From NCBI GenBank assembly GCA_963735035.1, contig CAVTJJ010000004.1:480001-544000 (forward strand): 64,000 nt of DNA, read 5' to 3'. Every line of letters starts with the position of its first letter. Position 1 is the stretch's first letter. This DNA comes from an uncultured candidate division Zixibacteria bacterium. GTDB taxonomy: Bacteria > Zixibacteria > MSB-5A5 > GN15 > FEB-12. Below the pieces are notes generated by a model. It did no database searches, was not told where the DNA came from, and saw only the letters and a program-made list of their open reading frames with translations. The position numbers and the translations under genes are program-made. Below, piece after piece: positions 62,288 through 64,000 of this stretch.

Positions 62288-63043
62288 ATGAATAGATTCT
62301 CAGTCTTCTCCCTTCTTGTGGCAGCATTGTTGTTGGTCTGTCTGGCTGGTCAGGCCGCTGCCACTGCGACCACCCACATCTGGGCTCCTTCGACTGACGT
62401 CCAACCTTACAGACTCGTGCATATTACCAGCGACATGTACCTTCCGATTGAGCGAGATGCGTCCGGCGCGAGAATCCCAACCGTGACGAACCTTGGCCTG
62501 ACCGTCGGCGTGTTGCCGTACAAGAAGATCAACATGGAATTAGGGTTTGACCACAAGAGCGGATTAGGCGACATGGACAATCATCCTCTCTATGGCAACT
62601 TTAAGGTTGGGGTGCCCGAAGGCGCCCTGGGTAAAGCGAGTCCTGCACTGGCTATCGGTGTTTTCGACATCGGCACGAAAGCTGAGCTCACCGACTTCAA
62701 CGTCATCTACTTCAAAGTGGCCAAGACCGTGAATGCCGGTAGAACCTCACTCGGGCGGCTCTCAATAGGCTACTTTATTGGAAACGACAGGCTGCTTCTT
62801 GACGGTCATGGCGTGAAAGATAACACCGGTGTTCTGGCGGCCTGGGAAAGGACCATGACGGAATGGTCCGACAAGCTCTGGTTGTGTGCCGAGTACATGG
62901 GTTCAGAGAGCGCCTATGGAACGCTTAACGTCGGGCTGGCCTGGAAATTCGCCCCGAACGTCGCGGTAATCGGTGCGGTCGACTTTTTCAACAACAGTGA
63001 TCTGGCCGGCACCGGCACAATTCAAGTGGATATCGACATCTGA
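62288..63043 (+). CDS. Secreted, probable outer-membrane beta-barrel protein
   Basis: Signal peptide, amphipathic strands, terminal QVDIDI; AGGAG RBS. Confidence 0.7.
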   Translation: MNRFSVFSLLVAALLLVCLAGQAAATATTHIWAPSTDVQPYRLVHITSDMYLPIERDASGARIPTVTNLGLTVGVLPYKKINMELGFDHKSGLGDMDNHPLYGNFKVGVPEGALGKASPALAIGVFDIGTKAELTDFNVIYFKVAKTVNAGRTSLGRLSIGYFIGNDRLLLDGHGVKDNTGVLAAWERTMTEWSDKLWLCAEYMGSESAYGTLNVGLAWKFAPNVAVIGAVDFFNNSDLAGTGTIQVDIDI

Positions 63044-63353
63044 AAGTCCCACACACCCGATTTGCTTCGACCCAGCCATCTGACGCGGGGGGGCGGCAAC
63101 GCTCCCCCATTTCGATCTATCTCCTGAGTATTCCCCCCGCTTTCGTCTTCATTGACTTGTTTGTGTGGTGCCAATAGGAGTCTCTTGAGACTGTGGTCGA
63201 CTTCGCGGGGCCCTGGCTTGGGGTTCAGAAGACCCGTCCGGGAAGGAGAAACGCATTTGCGTTGCCGCCGGAACCTCCTTACCTTAGAACAAAATATGGG
63301 GTAAGGTCACCCCGTTCGGACGATGCCATCTAACCCACAAGGAGACGATGCTA

Positions 63354-64000
63354 ATGTCGATGGACCAAGAGAACCGGCGCCCTTCTGAGCGTAGCGATGC
63401 ACAAGTTTCACGCGACGCCTATGCGAATTACGAGCTTCCAGTTGAAGGATTCAAGGGGACTGCGGAGGAGGTCGAGAATCAGTGGTATGAGAAATGCTAT
63501 GTTGGCCGTGGCGACACGGTCAAACAGCTCACCTGGCGAGCCATCATCATGGGATGGGTATTGGGATCGGTACTCTCACTGACCAACATCTACATCGGTC
63601 TCAAAGCCGGCTGGGGATTTGGCGTAGCGATCACGGCGTGCATTCTTTCTTACGCCATCTGGACCACTTTCTACAAGCTGAGATTCGCCAAGTCCCAGAT
63701 GACTATTCTGGAAAACAACTGTATGCAGTCCACGGCCAGCGCCGCGGGCTACTCTACCGGCGGTACTCTGATTTCGGCCTTTGCCGCCTACATAATGATC
63801 TACAATCAGACCCTGTCAGTCGGGGTCATGCTGGGCTGGGTTTTCTTCATCGCCATTCTTGGGGTGACCATGGCTGTACCCATGAAGCGGCAAATGATCA
63901 ATGTCGAGCAGCTACGATTTCCCAGCGGGATAGCGGCCGCCGAGACGCTTCGGGCGCTTCATGCCACCGGAGATAAAGGGATGCGTGCCGCCCGTGCCCT
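63354..64000 (+). CDS. OPT family oligopeptide transporter (5' part, runs off the window)
   Basis: Manual translation: QLTWRAIIMG...NIYIGLKAGW...ILENN...LRFPSG; not in the ORF track because it has no stop in the window. Confidence 0.88.
   Translation, partial: MSMDQENRRPSERSDAQVSRDAYANYELPVEGFKGTAEEVENQWYEKCYVGRGDTVKQLTWRAIIMGWVLGSVLSLTNIYIGLKAGWGFGVAITACILSYAIWTTFYKLRFAKSQMTILENNCMQSTASAAGYSTGGTLISAFAAYIMIYNQTLSVGVMLGWVFFIAILGVTMAVPMKRQMINVEQLRFPSGIAAAETLRALHATGDKGMRAARA

Noticed and set aside
63494..63976. 160-aa ORF from the track
   Set aside because: Out-of-frame overlap with the OPT transporter frame starting at 63354

Overview
Bacterial chromosomal window, most likely FCB superphylum and Zixibacteria-like. 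This is an inference from a protein with a YPNPFNP/FlgD-type C-terminal domain, dockerin-tailed secreted proteins and a PEP-CTERM protein. It holds about 50 coding regions. Housekeeping genes include dprA, yigZ, serC, serA, thyX, pepF, a MacAB-like ABC exporter, sbcC, ccmF, amt, a two-component system and an OPT transporter. Accessory elements include a serine palmitoyltransferase plus GNAT (bacterial ceramide synthase-like) pair next to the serine genes, an AT-richer Vsr/PLD-REase/C5-MTase restriction-modification island, and two tandem paralogous GEVED+dockerin surface-protein genes. Intergenic regions are dense mosaics of REP/MITE-like palindromes. The best candidates for undescribed biology are (1) a free-standing, ~390-nt, highly structured non-coding transcription unit at 20.5-20.9 kb with its own promoter and terminator, and (2) ~1-kb leaders upstream of both GEVED-dockerin genes that show covarying RNA hairpins and a frame-preserved ~200-codon upstream ORF. 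Several genes carry indels that may be assembly errors. No rRNA, tRNA, CRISPR array or transposase was recognised.
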